The notes below the pieces were generated by a model, which was given only the letters and a program-made list of their open reading frames with translations, did not search any database and had not been told where the DNA came from. A stretch of 64,000 nucleotides of DNA from Thermoplasmata archaeon. Lineage in GTDB: Archaea; Thermoplasmatota; Thermoplasmata; Lutacidiplasmatales; UBA184. Both the position numbers and the translations under genes were made by a program. The stretch lies in NCBI GenBank assembly GCA_027315455.1, contig DAHUXZ010000003.1, forward strand, positions 36,484 through 100,483. Direction: 5' to 3'. Shown piece by piece: positions 16,541-25,094 of this stretch. Positions within the stretch are counted from its first letter, which is position 1. Every line of letters begins with the position of its first letter.

Positions 16541-18509
16541 CGTAGTCCACCTCCGTATCGTCCGTCCCGGGGAGCGGCTCGCCGGCCTCCGCGGCCGCCT
16601 CGATGACGGCCCGGGGAAGCCGGATATCCCAGTCGCCGGGGAGCGGCTCCGCCCCGAGCAGATGGGCCTCGTCGACCCCCGCGACATAGAAGGAGAGGTC
16701 CGACGCCTCGATCTCGGTCTTCGTCGGGAACGTGACGACGATCGTCGCGCGGGTGTTCGGGGCGAGCTTCGCGAGGGTCCACCACGCGCGGCCGAGCTCG
16801 GCGTCGGTCCCGTCCGGCGCCGGGTCGAACGTGGCGGAGCCGAGGAGCGCCGCGGGCATCTCGAGGAACGTCTCGAGGACGCGGGGGCGCGGGGTGTAGT
16901 TCGTGATCTCGGCGCGGAACGCCGGCGCCGGCCCCTCCGGGGCGGTGAGGTCGAGGTAGACGATGTCCATGATCCGGGTGATCACGGGAGTGAGGTCGGG
17001 CACCGGCCGGTCGACCAGGTGGGCGGTCTTCTCGGCCAGTTTGGGGAGGATCCGCTGGATGATGGCGAACTTCTCGCCGGCCTGGTCGCGCCGGCTGCGG
17101 CGGGAGAGGTGGGTCCTCAGGTGCCGGGCCGCCGCCTGGAGGGCGAGCGTGAGCTCCTTTTCGATCTCCGGGTCGGCGGCGATCGCCTCCTTCGCCTCGC
17201 TGGTGAACGGCACCTTCGTCGACGCGAGGTGGACGAGGAGGAGCGCCGGACCCACGGGGAGCCCCGAGCCCCCCCGCTGGTCGAGGCCGTAGCGCCGCCA
17301 GTCCATCTGCTCGACGCCGGCGGTGATCGCGCAGGCCCCCTGCTGGAAGAGCAGCGGGACGCGGTTCGCGAACCGGAGGAGCTGGATCGGCTGGTCCGCC
17401 GGTAGCCCGCCGCCGTAGACGAGGCCGACCTCGATCAGGAACGGGAACCCGCCGCGGACCTTGGGGGGCCGGCTCACGGGGGGAGCGTAGAAGTCCGGAC
17501 GGACCTCCCCGAGGACGTTGCGCAGGCCCCGCTTGATGAGCAGGGGGCCGATCGGGCTGAGGCAGTCGGCGGACGGGGGTACGAGGGGGACGGTATGGAG
17601 GGCGGTGAGCAGTCGCTCGAGCGGCTCGCCGTGGAGGTCACCGGGCGTCTCCTTTCCCGTGAGCCCGGCCGCCTGGAGGACCTCCCGCCCCGCCCGGGGC
17701 GAGACGCCGGCGAGGTCCTTGAGGAGGGTCTCGAGGAGGGTCGCGTACCGGGCCGCCTTGAGGCGCGAGCCGAGCTCGCCGAGCTCGAGGCCGTAGGGGT
17801 GGGGGGCCACCTCCTTCGGGACCGGCGGCACCTCGGTCGACACCCGCTCGTAGGTGACGCGCGTCCCGTCCGGCTCGGTGAGGACGATCCGCGCGTGGGG
17901 GTTCACGATCGCGGTCCCCTTGAGGTACTCGAACGGCGACTGGCGCCCCCTCTGGTACTTCGCCTTGAGGAGGAGCTCGACGCGGGTGCCGTGGGGGCGG
18001 TCCCAGAGGACGAGGTCCTCGGTGACGACCCGCGGGAGGTTCTTCTGGGTGTCGATGAGCAGGTCGACGACGTGCGCCGCCTCCTCCTCCTCGACCTTGC
18101 TCGTGATGCGCGCCGGCCGCGCCGTCGTGAGGCCGGCGTAGAGGACCGCCGCCGAGATGCCGATCCCCTGCTGCCCGCGGGACTGGCGGTTCGCGTGGAA
18201 GCGCGAGCCGTAGAGGAGCCGCGCGAAGACGTTCGGGATCTCCCGCCGAAGGATGCCGGGGCCGTTGTCCTCGACGAGGACCCGGACCCGGTCCGCTCCC
18301 TCCTTCGCGACCTCGACCCGGATCTCGGGGAGGACCTGGGCCTCCTCGCACGCGTCCAGGGCGTTGTCGACGGCCTCCTTGACGGTGGTCAGGAGCGCCC
18401 GAAGGGGGTTGTCGAACCCGAGGATCTGGCGGTTCCGCTCGAAGAACTCGGCGACGGAGATCTCGCGCTGCTTCGCCGCGAGCTGCTGGGCGAGCGACCG
18501 GGCCGGCAC
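16500..18509 (-). CDS. top6B: DNA topoisomerase VI subunit B (GHKL ATPase)
   Basis: REISVAEFFERNRQILGFDNPLRALLTTVKEAVDNALDA (Bergerat fold N-box), DNGPGI, and GQQGIGISAAVLY. Confidence 0.95.
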   Translation of the reverse strand: MPARSLAQQLAAKQREISVAEFFERNRQILGFDNPLRALLTTVKEAVDNALDACEEAQVLPEIRVEVAKEGADRVRVLVEDNGPGILRREIPNVFARLLYGSRFHANRQSRGQQGIGISAAVLYAGLTTARPARITSKVEEEEAAHVVDLLIDTQKNLPRVVTEDLVLWDRPHGTRVELLLKAKYQRGRQSPFEYLKGTAIVNPHARIVLTEPDGTRVTYERVSTEVPPVPKEVAPHPYGLELGELGSRLKAARYATLLETLLKDLAGVSPRAGREVLQAAGLTGKETPGDLHGEPLERLLTALHTVPLVPPSADCLSPIGPLLIKRGLRNVLGEVRPDFYAPPVSRPPKVRGGFPFLIEVGLVYGGGLPADQPIQLLRFANRVPLLFQQGACAITAGVEQMDWRRYGLDQRGGSGLPVGPALLLVHLASTKVPFTSEAKEAIAADPEIEKELTLALQAAARHLRTHLSRRSRRDQAGEKFAIIQRILPKLAEKTAHLVDRPVPDLTPVITRIMDIVYLDLTAPEGPAPAFRAEITNYTPRPRVLETFLEMPAALLGSATFDPAPDGTDAELGRAWWTLAKLAPNTRATIVVTFPTKTEIEASDLSFYVAGVDEAHLLGAEPLPGDWDIRLPRAVIEAAAEAGEPLPGTDDTEVDYDAAEANEGARDED

Positions 18510-18533
18510 CGGCGAGATTGGAGCCGACGGCTC

Positions 18534-19376
18534 CTATAAAGCGTCGGTTCGACCGGTGGGGGCCCCAGGGTGCGCGGCCGTTCCGGGCCGCGACGCGACG
18601 TCGCGGAGCACGGGGCGGAACGGCCGCCAGCGCGCCGCCTCGGTGAGGTCGACCTCGACCGCGTAGACCTCCTCCTCGTCCTCCCGGCGCTCGAAGGGGA
18701 CCCGGGCGAGCTCGAGGGGCTCGCCGCGCGGGTCCCACGCCCCCGAGCCACCGCCGAAGACGACCCCGTCCTCGACCCCGACCCGGTTGACGTAGACGAC
18801 CCCCAGGGCGTTCTCGATCGCCCGGGCGGGAAGGATCCGCTCGAAGAGGCGGCGGGAGGTCACCGGCGACGCCGAGAGATAGACCAGGAGCCCGGCGCCG
18901 TCGAGGGCGAGGGCCCGCGCGACCTCGGGGAAGAACGCGTCGTAGCAGATCGCGAGCCCGACCCGCGCGGGGGGGAGGTCCCGGGCCCGGCTCTCGTCGC
19001 TCGGCGCGAAGTAGCGCCCTTCCTCGAACGGACCGTAGGTCGGCAGGTAGCGCTTGACCTGCGACACGACGCGGCCGTCGCTCGTCACGAGGAGGGCCGC
19101 GTTCGCGACCTCTCCCGGCCGATCGAGGGCGACGGGGGCGCCGACGACGAGGCTGATCCGGTGACGCTCGGCGGTGCGCACGAGGCGCTCCACGGTCGCG
19201 TCGCCGGGCCGCACGGCGAGGCGGTGGACCGCGTCGCCGACGAGGTAGCCGGTGAGGAACAGCTCGGGGAAGACGGCGAGGTCGCCCGCCCCCCCGGCGA
19301 CGACCTGCTCGAGCCGGTCGAGGTTCGCGGCGACCGCTCCGCGCTCCGGCGCGAGCTGGGCGAGGAGGACCCGCAT
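18534..19376 (-). CDS. Carbon-nitrogen hydrolase (nitrilase superfamily)
   Basis: MRVLLAQL..., FPELFLTGY (Glu), VKRYLP (Lys), GLAICYDAFFPE (Cys). The start ATG overlaps the stop of the upstream membrane gene. Confidence 0.8.
   Translation of the reverse strand: MRVLLAQLAPERGAVAANLDRLEQVVAGGAGDLAVFPELFLTGYLVGDAVHRLAVRPGDATVERLVRTAERHRISLVVGAPVALDRPGEVANAALLVTSDGRVVSQVKRYLPTYGPFEEGRYFAPSDESRARDLPPARVGLAICYDAFFPEVARALALDGAGLLVYLSASPVTSRRLFERILPARAIENALGVVYVNRVGVEDGVVFGGGSGAWDPRGEPLELARVPFERREDEEEVYAVEVDLTEAARWRPFRPVLRDVASRPGTAAHPGAPTGRTDAL
18535..18540 (-). promoter_or_regulatory. TTTATA (minus strand) TATA box about 26 nt upstream of the top6B GTG start
   Basis: CTCCTATAAAGCG is the only AT-rich element. 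It overlaps the nitrilase-family stop codon. Confidence 0.45.
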
Positions 19377-19831
19377 CAGTAGAAGTGATGGCGGACGGTC
19401 AACAGGTAGATGAAGAGCAGGAGGAGCAAAACGAAGAGGACCGTGATCGACGCGGTGAAGAACAGGTAGGCGACGGCGAGGAAGAGCGCGACGACCGTCG
19501 TCCAGAGCGCCCACGCCTCGAGGCGCCAGAGCGACGTCGCGACGGCCAGGAGGATCGCCCCGAGGACGACCAGGACGGCCGCGCCGACCGGGTCGACGCT
19601 GCGGACGATGAGGAGGGTCGTGGGGACGAGGCTCGTGAAGTAGGCGCTCAAGAGGTAGAGGACCCCGGCGAGGAGGACCACGAGCCCCGCGATCGCGATC
19701 AGGACGGCGAGGACCGCGACGCCGATCGGGAGGCTGGGCGCGGCCGGTGTCGGGGTCCAGCGGGGGGGGAGGTGGTCGACGGCGGCCGTGCGGTGGGCCG
19801 ACGGATGGGAGGCGGCACTGGAGTTCGACAC
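19376..19831 (-). CDS. Hypothetical 4-TM membrane protein
   Basis: Four long hydrophobic helices. Translationally coupled (TGATG) to the nitrilase-family gene. Confidence 0.55.
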   Translation of the reverse strand: MSNSSAASHPSAHRTAAVDHLPPRWTPTPAAPSLPIGVAVLAVLIAIAGLVVLLAGVLYLLSAYFTSLVPTTLLIVRSVDPVGAAVLVVLGAILLAVATSLWRLEAWALWTTVVALFLAVAYLFFTASITVLFVLLLLLFIYLLTVRHHFY

Positions 19832-19894
19832 GGGGGCCCCGGGAACGGTAGGATGCCCGCCGGCCGAACAAGTAGGTTTCGCTGGAGCGGCGGC

Positions 19895-20944
19895 TCAGAA
19901 CCGCCGCTCGGCCACGCCCCGGGCGATCCGCTCGAGGAGGTCGCGGTACGGCGAGGGGCCCACGGGGTCGAGCGCCCGGACCGCGCGCTCGGCCCACTCG
20001 GACGCCTCCGCCGCGACGAGCGCCGGGGCGCCGGTCGCCTCGGCGAGGTTGCGCAGCCGCAACAGCTCGCCCGGCGGCTTGCGGCGGAGGGCGAACAGCC
20101 GCTCGAACTCGGTCCGCCGAGCGCCGTCGAGGTGGTGGTACGCCTCGAGCGAGACGAGGGTGGGGTTGCCCTCGCGGAAGTCCGAATAGAGGGGCTTTCC
20201 GAGGAGGTCGGGGTCGCCGAAGACGTCCAAAAGGTCGTCCCGGATCTGGAAGGCGATCCCGACCGCCCGGCCGTACGCCTGGCAGGCGTTGACCACGTCG
20301 TCGCGCGCCCCGGCGATCTCGGCCACGCTCGCGAGGGCCGCCGCGACGATCGCGGCCGTCTTCCGCTCGACGACGCGGAAATAGTGCTCGCGCCCCGTGG
20401 TGAGGTCGAAGCGGCCGACGTCCTGGAGGACCTCGCCCTCGACCAGGTCGGCGCACGACTCCCCGCAGCGCAGGATGATCGAGGGGGGGTACTCCGCGGC
20501 GAGCTCGAAGGCGCGCACGAAGAGGAAGTCGCCCGTGACGATCGCCGCGGGCAGGCCGAAGGCGCGCGGCATCGAGGGGCGGCCGCGGCGCTGCTCGGCG
20601 TGGTCGATGACGTCGTCGTGGACGAGGGAGGCGGTGTGGATGAGCTGGAAGGCGGCCGCGAGGGAATGGATCGGCTCGGTCACGCTCGCGCCGAGGGCGC
20701 GGTGGGTCACGGCCATGAGGAGCGGGCGCACCCGCTTGCCGCCCGTGCTGCAGGCGTAGGCGGCGGCCTCGGTCAGCTGGGGGTACTGCGCGTGGAGGAC
20801 GCTGTGGAGACGGAGGTCGATCGCCGCGAGGTCCGCGGCGAGCTCCGGCAGCAGCTCGGCGGCGGCCCCCGTCGTCTCCGTGCCGAGGGCACGGCTGACG
20901 AGGACCTCGAGCGGCAGTTCGGGCTCGGGGGCAGGTGCGGTCAG
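19895..20944 (-). CDS. Polyprenyl (geranylgeranyl) diphosphate synthase; start codon unresolved, upper bound drawn at an in-frame CTG that overlaps the upstream stop
   Basis: GGKRVRP, first Asp-rich motif LVHDDVIDH, second FQIRDDLLD. I found no in-frame ATG/GTG/TTG upstream of the GGKRVRP motif (see findings). Confidence 0.75.
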   Translation of the reverse strand: MTAPAPEPELPLEVLVSRALGTETTGAAAELLPELAADLAAIDLRLHSVLHAQYPQLTEAAAYACSTGGKRVRPLLMAVTHRALGASVTEPIHSLAAAFQLIHTASLVHDDVIDHAEQRRGRPSMPRAFGLPAAIVTGDFLFVRAFELAAEYPPSIILRCGESCADLVEGEVLQDVGRFDLTTGREHYFRVVERKTAAIVAAALASVAEIAGARDDVVNACQAYGRAVGIAFQIRDDLLDVFGDPDLLGKPLYSDFREGNPTLVSLEAYHHLDGARRTEFERLFALRRKPPGELLRLRNLAEATGAPALVAAEASEWAERAVRALDPVGPSPYRDLLERIARGVAERRF

Positions 20945-22047
20945 GAGTTCCTCCCGAGGTGCGCCGGCCAGCGCAGGCGCATCACCGCATCCAGACCCCG
21001 CGCCCCGATATATCGCATGCCCAGGGCCAGGAGGAGGTCGTGGCGGGCGACCCGGTCGGTCAGCCGCTGGATGCGATGGGCCCGGTCGAGGGGCCCGGTG
21101 AGGTGGGCGGCGAGGAGGCGGTCGTACTCGGCGAGGGGGCGGCCCGCGCGGATGTGGTCCGCCGCGACGACCCCGGCGTCGCGGCCGGAGATCATCGCCG
21201 TCGGGATCCCCCCGCCGTTCGTCGCCATCACGAGGTTCGCCGCGTCGCCGGCGAAGAGGGCCCGGCCGCGGACGGCGCTCGAGGGAGGCGGGCCGATCGG
21301 GACCCACCAGCGCGTCGGGTCCCGCGCCCGCCCGAGCCGCTCGCGCCGGAGGAAGCGGTCGAGGAGGGCCGCAAGACGGGTCCCGGGCGGCGCGCCGTTC
21401 ACCCCCAGGCCGACGTTCGCGCCGCCGGCCTTCGGGATCATCCACGCGTAGCCGCCCGGGGCCGCCCGGCCGAAGTAGAGGTCGATCTCGGGCGGGAACT
21501 CCCCGTCGGCGGTCGCGGTGATCATCCGGAACAGGACGCGGGGCACCGAGAACCCGGTCCCGCGCGCGACCGTCGACAGCGGCCCGTCGGCGCCGACGAT
21601 GACCTTCGCGCGCACCGGGGGACCGCGGGCGAACTCGACGCGGTCGTCGGAGACCCGGGTCACCCCCGCCGGGTAGCGAAGCTCGGCGCCCGCCGCCTCG
21701 GCCTCGCGGGCGAGGGCCTGGTCGAACGCGCGGCGGCTCACCGACACGCCGCTGAGGGGGAAGGAGTAGCGCCGTCCGGTGGGGGCGATGCAGGTCATCC
21801 GGGCCACCGTCCGCTCGACGGTCCCCGGTGGGATGCAAAACGCCTCGTCGATCACCTCCGGGCACAAAAAGAGGTCCTTGAGCTCGTGCGGGGCGGGGAG
21901 GAACTCCCCGCACTGGACGGGGAAGCCGAGCTCGCTGCGCTGGTCGACCAGGAGGGTCCGCGCTCCGCCCCGGGCGGCGAAGCGGGCCGCGGTGCTTCCC
22001 GCGGGCCCGGCCCCCACCACGACGACGTCGTAGCTGTCCATGGCCAT
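20941..22047 (-). CDS. Geranylgeranyl reductase family (digeranylgeranylglycerophospholipid reductase-like) flavoprotein
   Basis: MAMDSYDVVVVGAGPAGSTAARFAARGG FAD fold, and GDAANLV. ATGA overlap with the nuoN stop. Confidence 0.9.
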   Translation of the reverse strand: MAMDSYDVVVVGAGPAGSTAARFAARGGARTLLVDQRSELGFPVQCGEFLPAPHELKDLFLCPEVIDEAFCIPPGTVERTVARMTCIAPTGRRYSFPLSGVSVSRRAFDQALAREAEAAGAELRYPAGVTRVSDDRVEFARGPPVRAKVIVGADGPLSTVARGTGFSVPRVLFRMITATADGEFPPEIDLYFGRAAPGGYAWMIPKAGGANVGLGVNGAPPGTRLAALLDRFLRRERLGRARDPTRWWVPIGPPPSSAVRGRALFAGDAANLVMATNGGGIPTAMISGRDAGVVAADHIRAGRPLAEYDRLLAAHLTGPLDRAHRIQRLTDRVARHDLLLALGMRYIGARGLDAVMRLRWPAHLGRNS

Positions 22048-23594
22048 CAGGGGCCGGTCAGAACGAAGTGGTTCGCCGCGGACTGTAGCGGGCCGAGCAC
22101 CGGCTGCGGGTCGACGCCGAGGGCCACGATCGCGATTACGACGAGCGCGATCGCCGCGGCCCGACCGTAGCCGATGCCACCGAACGGGAGGGCCGGCGGC
22201 GCGGGGATCTCCGCGGGCGAGGGGTCGACGTACATCACCTTGAGGACCCGCGCGTAGTAGAAGACCGACAGCGCGCTGTTGAGGACGCCCGCGACGGCGA
22301 GCCAGACGAAGTAGCCCTGGGCGTTCACGGCCGCGCTGAACAGGACGAACTTCGAGAGGAAGCCCACGGTGAGCGGGATCCCGGCGAGCGACAGCAGCAT
22401 GAGCGCGAAGGCCGTCGCGAGGACGGGCCGCCGCTGGCCGAGGCCCCGCCAGTCCTCGATGAGCGGGCCGACGCCGAGTCCCGCGACGCCCGCGACGACG
22501 AGGAAGGCGCCGGACTTCATGAAGACGTGCGCGAGGACCTGGAACGTCGCCCCCGCGAGCGCCGGCGCGGTCCCGACGGCGATCCCGAGGAGCATGTAGC
22601 CCGCCTGGGAGATGGAGGAGTAGGCGAGCATCCGCTTCATCTCCCGCTGCAGCAGCGCGAGGACGTTCCCCACCGTCATCGTGAGCACCGCGAGGATCCC
22701 GAGGGCGAGCTGGAGCGTCGGGGCGAAGTCGAACGCCGTCGGGCAGACGCCGCCGACGCACGCGACGGGCCGCACGACGATCAGGCTGACCGGCCCGATG
22801 AAGAGCAAGAAGAACGCGACGAGCCCCACCTTCTTCGACCCGCCGGCGAGGAACGCCGAGACGTCCGTCGGCGCCCCGTCGTAGACATCGACCGCCCAGG
22901 CATGGAACGGAACGATCGTCAGCTTGAACCCGAGCCCGGCGATCAGCAGCGCGTAGCCGGCGAGGGCGAGGGCCGGGTAGCCGACGGACCCCGTCGCCTG
23001 GGAGAGGATGACGAGGTTCGTGGAGCCGTACGCACCGAAGAGGAGCGAGGCGCCGAAGAACGACAGCGCCGTCGACAGCGCCCCGACGATGTAGAACTTC
23101 ATCGCCGCCTCGAGCCCCCGCGGGTCGCGGCGCGGGTAGCCGACCAGGAGGTAGGTGGAGATCCCCACGACCTCGACGGCGAGGAGGAGGAAGATCAGAT
23201 CCGCCGCGATCGCGGCGGTCGTCATCCCGAGCGTCGCGATGAGGAGCAGGCCGAAGAAGACGGCCGCCCCCTTCTCGCCGGAGGGGCGGGAGAGGGAGGC
23301 GAGCGCGACCAGGAGGGCGGCGGTGAGGAAGATCGCCTCGAAGGCGAGCCCGAGGCTCGTGAACGCAAAGAGGGCGCTCGTCGCCGGGATGAGGTCGACG
23401 TCGGCGGCGGGGAGCGTCCGCAGCGCGGCGAGCGGGGCGAAGCCGAGGTCGGCGAGGACGAGGGCGAGCGACGCGAGGAGCCCGGCGACGGCGATGCCGC
23501 CCAGGACCTCGAGGCGACGCTCGCCGACCACGTCGAGGAGGAAGATGACGAGGGCGGTGGCGAGGAGGACGACCTCGGGAAGGAACGCGAGCAC
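22047..23594 (-). CDS. nuoN: NADH-quinone oxidoreductase subunit N (antiporter-like)
   Basis: About 14 TM helices with typical NuoN motifs (KFYIVGALSTA, VPFHAWAVDVYDGAP). Start set at the in-frame GTG at 23594 (VLAFLPEVVLL...), downstream of the nuoM stop. Confidence 0.85.
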   Translation of the reverse strand: MLAFLPEVVLLATALVIFLLDVVGERRLEVLGGIAVAGLLASLALVLADLGFAPLAALRTLPAADVDLIPATSALFAFTSLGLAFEAIFLTAALLVALASLSRPSGEKGAAVFFGLLLIATLGMTTAAIAADLIFLLLAVEVVGISTYLLVGYPRRDPRGLEAAMKFYIVGALSTALSFFGASLLFGAYGSTNLVILSQATGSVGYPALALAGYALLIAGLGFKLTIVPFHAWAVDVYDGAPTDVSAFLAGGSKKVGLVAFFLLFIGPVSLIVVRPVACVGGVCPTAFDFAPTLQLALGILAVLTMTVGNVLALLQREMKRMLAYSSISQAGYMLLGIAVGTAPALAGATFQVLAHVFMKSGAFLVVAGVAGLGVGPLIEDWRGLGQRRPVLATAFALMLLSLAGIPLTVGFLSKFVLFSAAVNAQGYFVWLAVAGVLNSALSVFYYARVLKVMYVDPSPAEIPAPPALPFGGIGYGRAAAIALVVIAIVALGVDPQPVLGPLQSAANHFVLTGP

Positions 23595-23620
23595 GGGGAG
23601 CGCGGTCGTCTCGATCCCCC

Positions 23621-25090
23621 CTACGGGAACGGCCCCGATACCGGCGACTGTACGATCACGTTCACGAGGAGCGCCGGGAGGATGCCGTAGAGCACGGTGA
23701 GCGCCACGAGGATCGCCATGCCCGCCCCCTCGTACCACGGCAGGTCATGGACGACCTCCGGCCCGCCCTTGGCGGGGCCGAAGAGGAGACGCTGCATCAT
23801 CCACAGATAGAACGCGGCGGTCACGACGAGGATCACGAGCGGGACGACGACCCAGTAGGCGAGCCGGTCCCACGTCGCGAGGAGCGCGGTGAACTCCGCC
23901 GGGAAGCTGATCAGCGCCGGTAGGCCGAGCGAGGCGAGCGAGCCCACCATGATCATCGTGGCCAGCATCGGGGTGCGGGAGGTGATCCCGCCGACGGAGG
24001 GGATGTCGCGGGTCCCGTAGGTGTGGTGGACGCTGCCGGAGACCATGAAGAGCAGTCCGCTCACGATCCCGTGGGCGAACATGAGGAGCACCGCCGCCAT
24101 GAGGCCCACGGGGGAGTGGACGGCGATCGCGAGCAGCACGATCCCCATGTGGTTGATCGAGGAGTAGGCCACCATCCGCTTGAGGTCCCGCTGAGAGAGC
24201 GACAGGACACTGCCCCAGACGATCGAGACCATCGCGATGACGAAGAGGAGCGGGGCGATCAGCGAGATCCCCTGCGGGAGGAGCTCGACGACCCAGCGGA
24301 TGAGCCCGTAGCCGCCGAGCTTGAGGAGGAGGCCCGCGAGGAGGACCGAACCGCCCGTCGGCGCCTCGACGTGCGCGTCCGGAAGCCACGTGTGGAACGG
24401 GACGATCGGGAACTTGACCCCGAACCCGAAGAACAGCGCGAGGGCCAGGAAGACCTGGGTCGTCGCGGCGAGGCCGTGGGTCGCGGCGTAGAGGTCGGGG
24501 AAGTCGAACGACGCCGCGCCGGAGTAGAAGGCCATCGCGAAGAGCGCGACGAGCATCACGACGCTCGCGACGTGGGTGTAGACGAAGAACTTCATCGCGG
24601 CGTAGCGCCGCCGGGGGCCGCCCCAGTAGGCGATCAGGAAGAACATCGGGACGAGGACCGCTTCCCAGAACAGGAAGAACAAAAGGATGTCCAGCGCGAC
24701 GAAGACCCCGAGGCAGCCGAGGCACGTCAGGAGGACGAGCCCGAACCACGCCCCCGGCCGGCGCGACTCCTCCCAGGAGTAGATCACCGTCGCGAGCTGG
24801 AGGAAGGCGGTGAGCAGGACCAGGACGAGGCTGATGCCGTCGAGGCCGACCGAGTAGTTGATGGTGAGCCAGCCCAGGTGGATCCACGCGTAGCTCTCGC
24901 TCTCGGCGAACCCGGTGCCGCCGGATCCGAACTGCGGGAGGCCGGTGAAGCCGAGGAGCATCGCCGACGCCTCGAAGAGGAAGACGATCGACGTGGCGAG
25001 GGCGACCCAGCGCGCCCGCGCGCCGGCCACGAAGGTGAGGAGGGTGCCGACCAGGAGGGTGGCGAGCGTGAGCGAGATGATCGGGAACAT
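23621..25090 (-). CDS. nuoM: NADH-quinone oxidoreductase subunit M
   Basis: FPIVPFHTWLPDAHVEAPTGGSVLLAGLLLKLGGYG, and KRMVAYSSINHMG. Confidence 0.9.
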   Translation of the reverse strand: MFPIISLTLATLLVGTLLTFVAGARARWVALATSIVFLFEASAMLLGFTGLPQFGSGGTGFAESESYAWIHLGWLTINYSVGLDGISLVLVLLTAFLQLATVIYSWEESRRPGAWFGLVLLTCLGCLGVFVALDILLFFLFWEAVLVPMFFLIAYWGGPRRRYAAMKFFVYTHVASVVMLVALFAMAFYSGAASFDFPDLYAATHGLAATTQVFLALALFFGFGVKFPIVPFHTWLPDAHVEAPTGGSVLLAGLLLKLGGYGLIRWVVELLPQGISLIAPLLFVIAMVSIVWGSVLSLSQRDLKRMVAYSSINHMGIVLLAIAVHSPVGLMAAVLLMFAHGIVSGLLFMVSGSVHHTYGTRDIPSVGGITSRTPMLATMIMVGSLASLGLPALISFPAEFTALLATWDRLAYWVVVPLVILVVTAAFYLWMMQRLLFGPAKGGPEVVHDLPWYEGAGMAILVALTVLYGILPALLVNVIVQSPVSGPFP

Positions 25091-25094
25091 GCGC

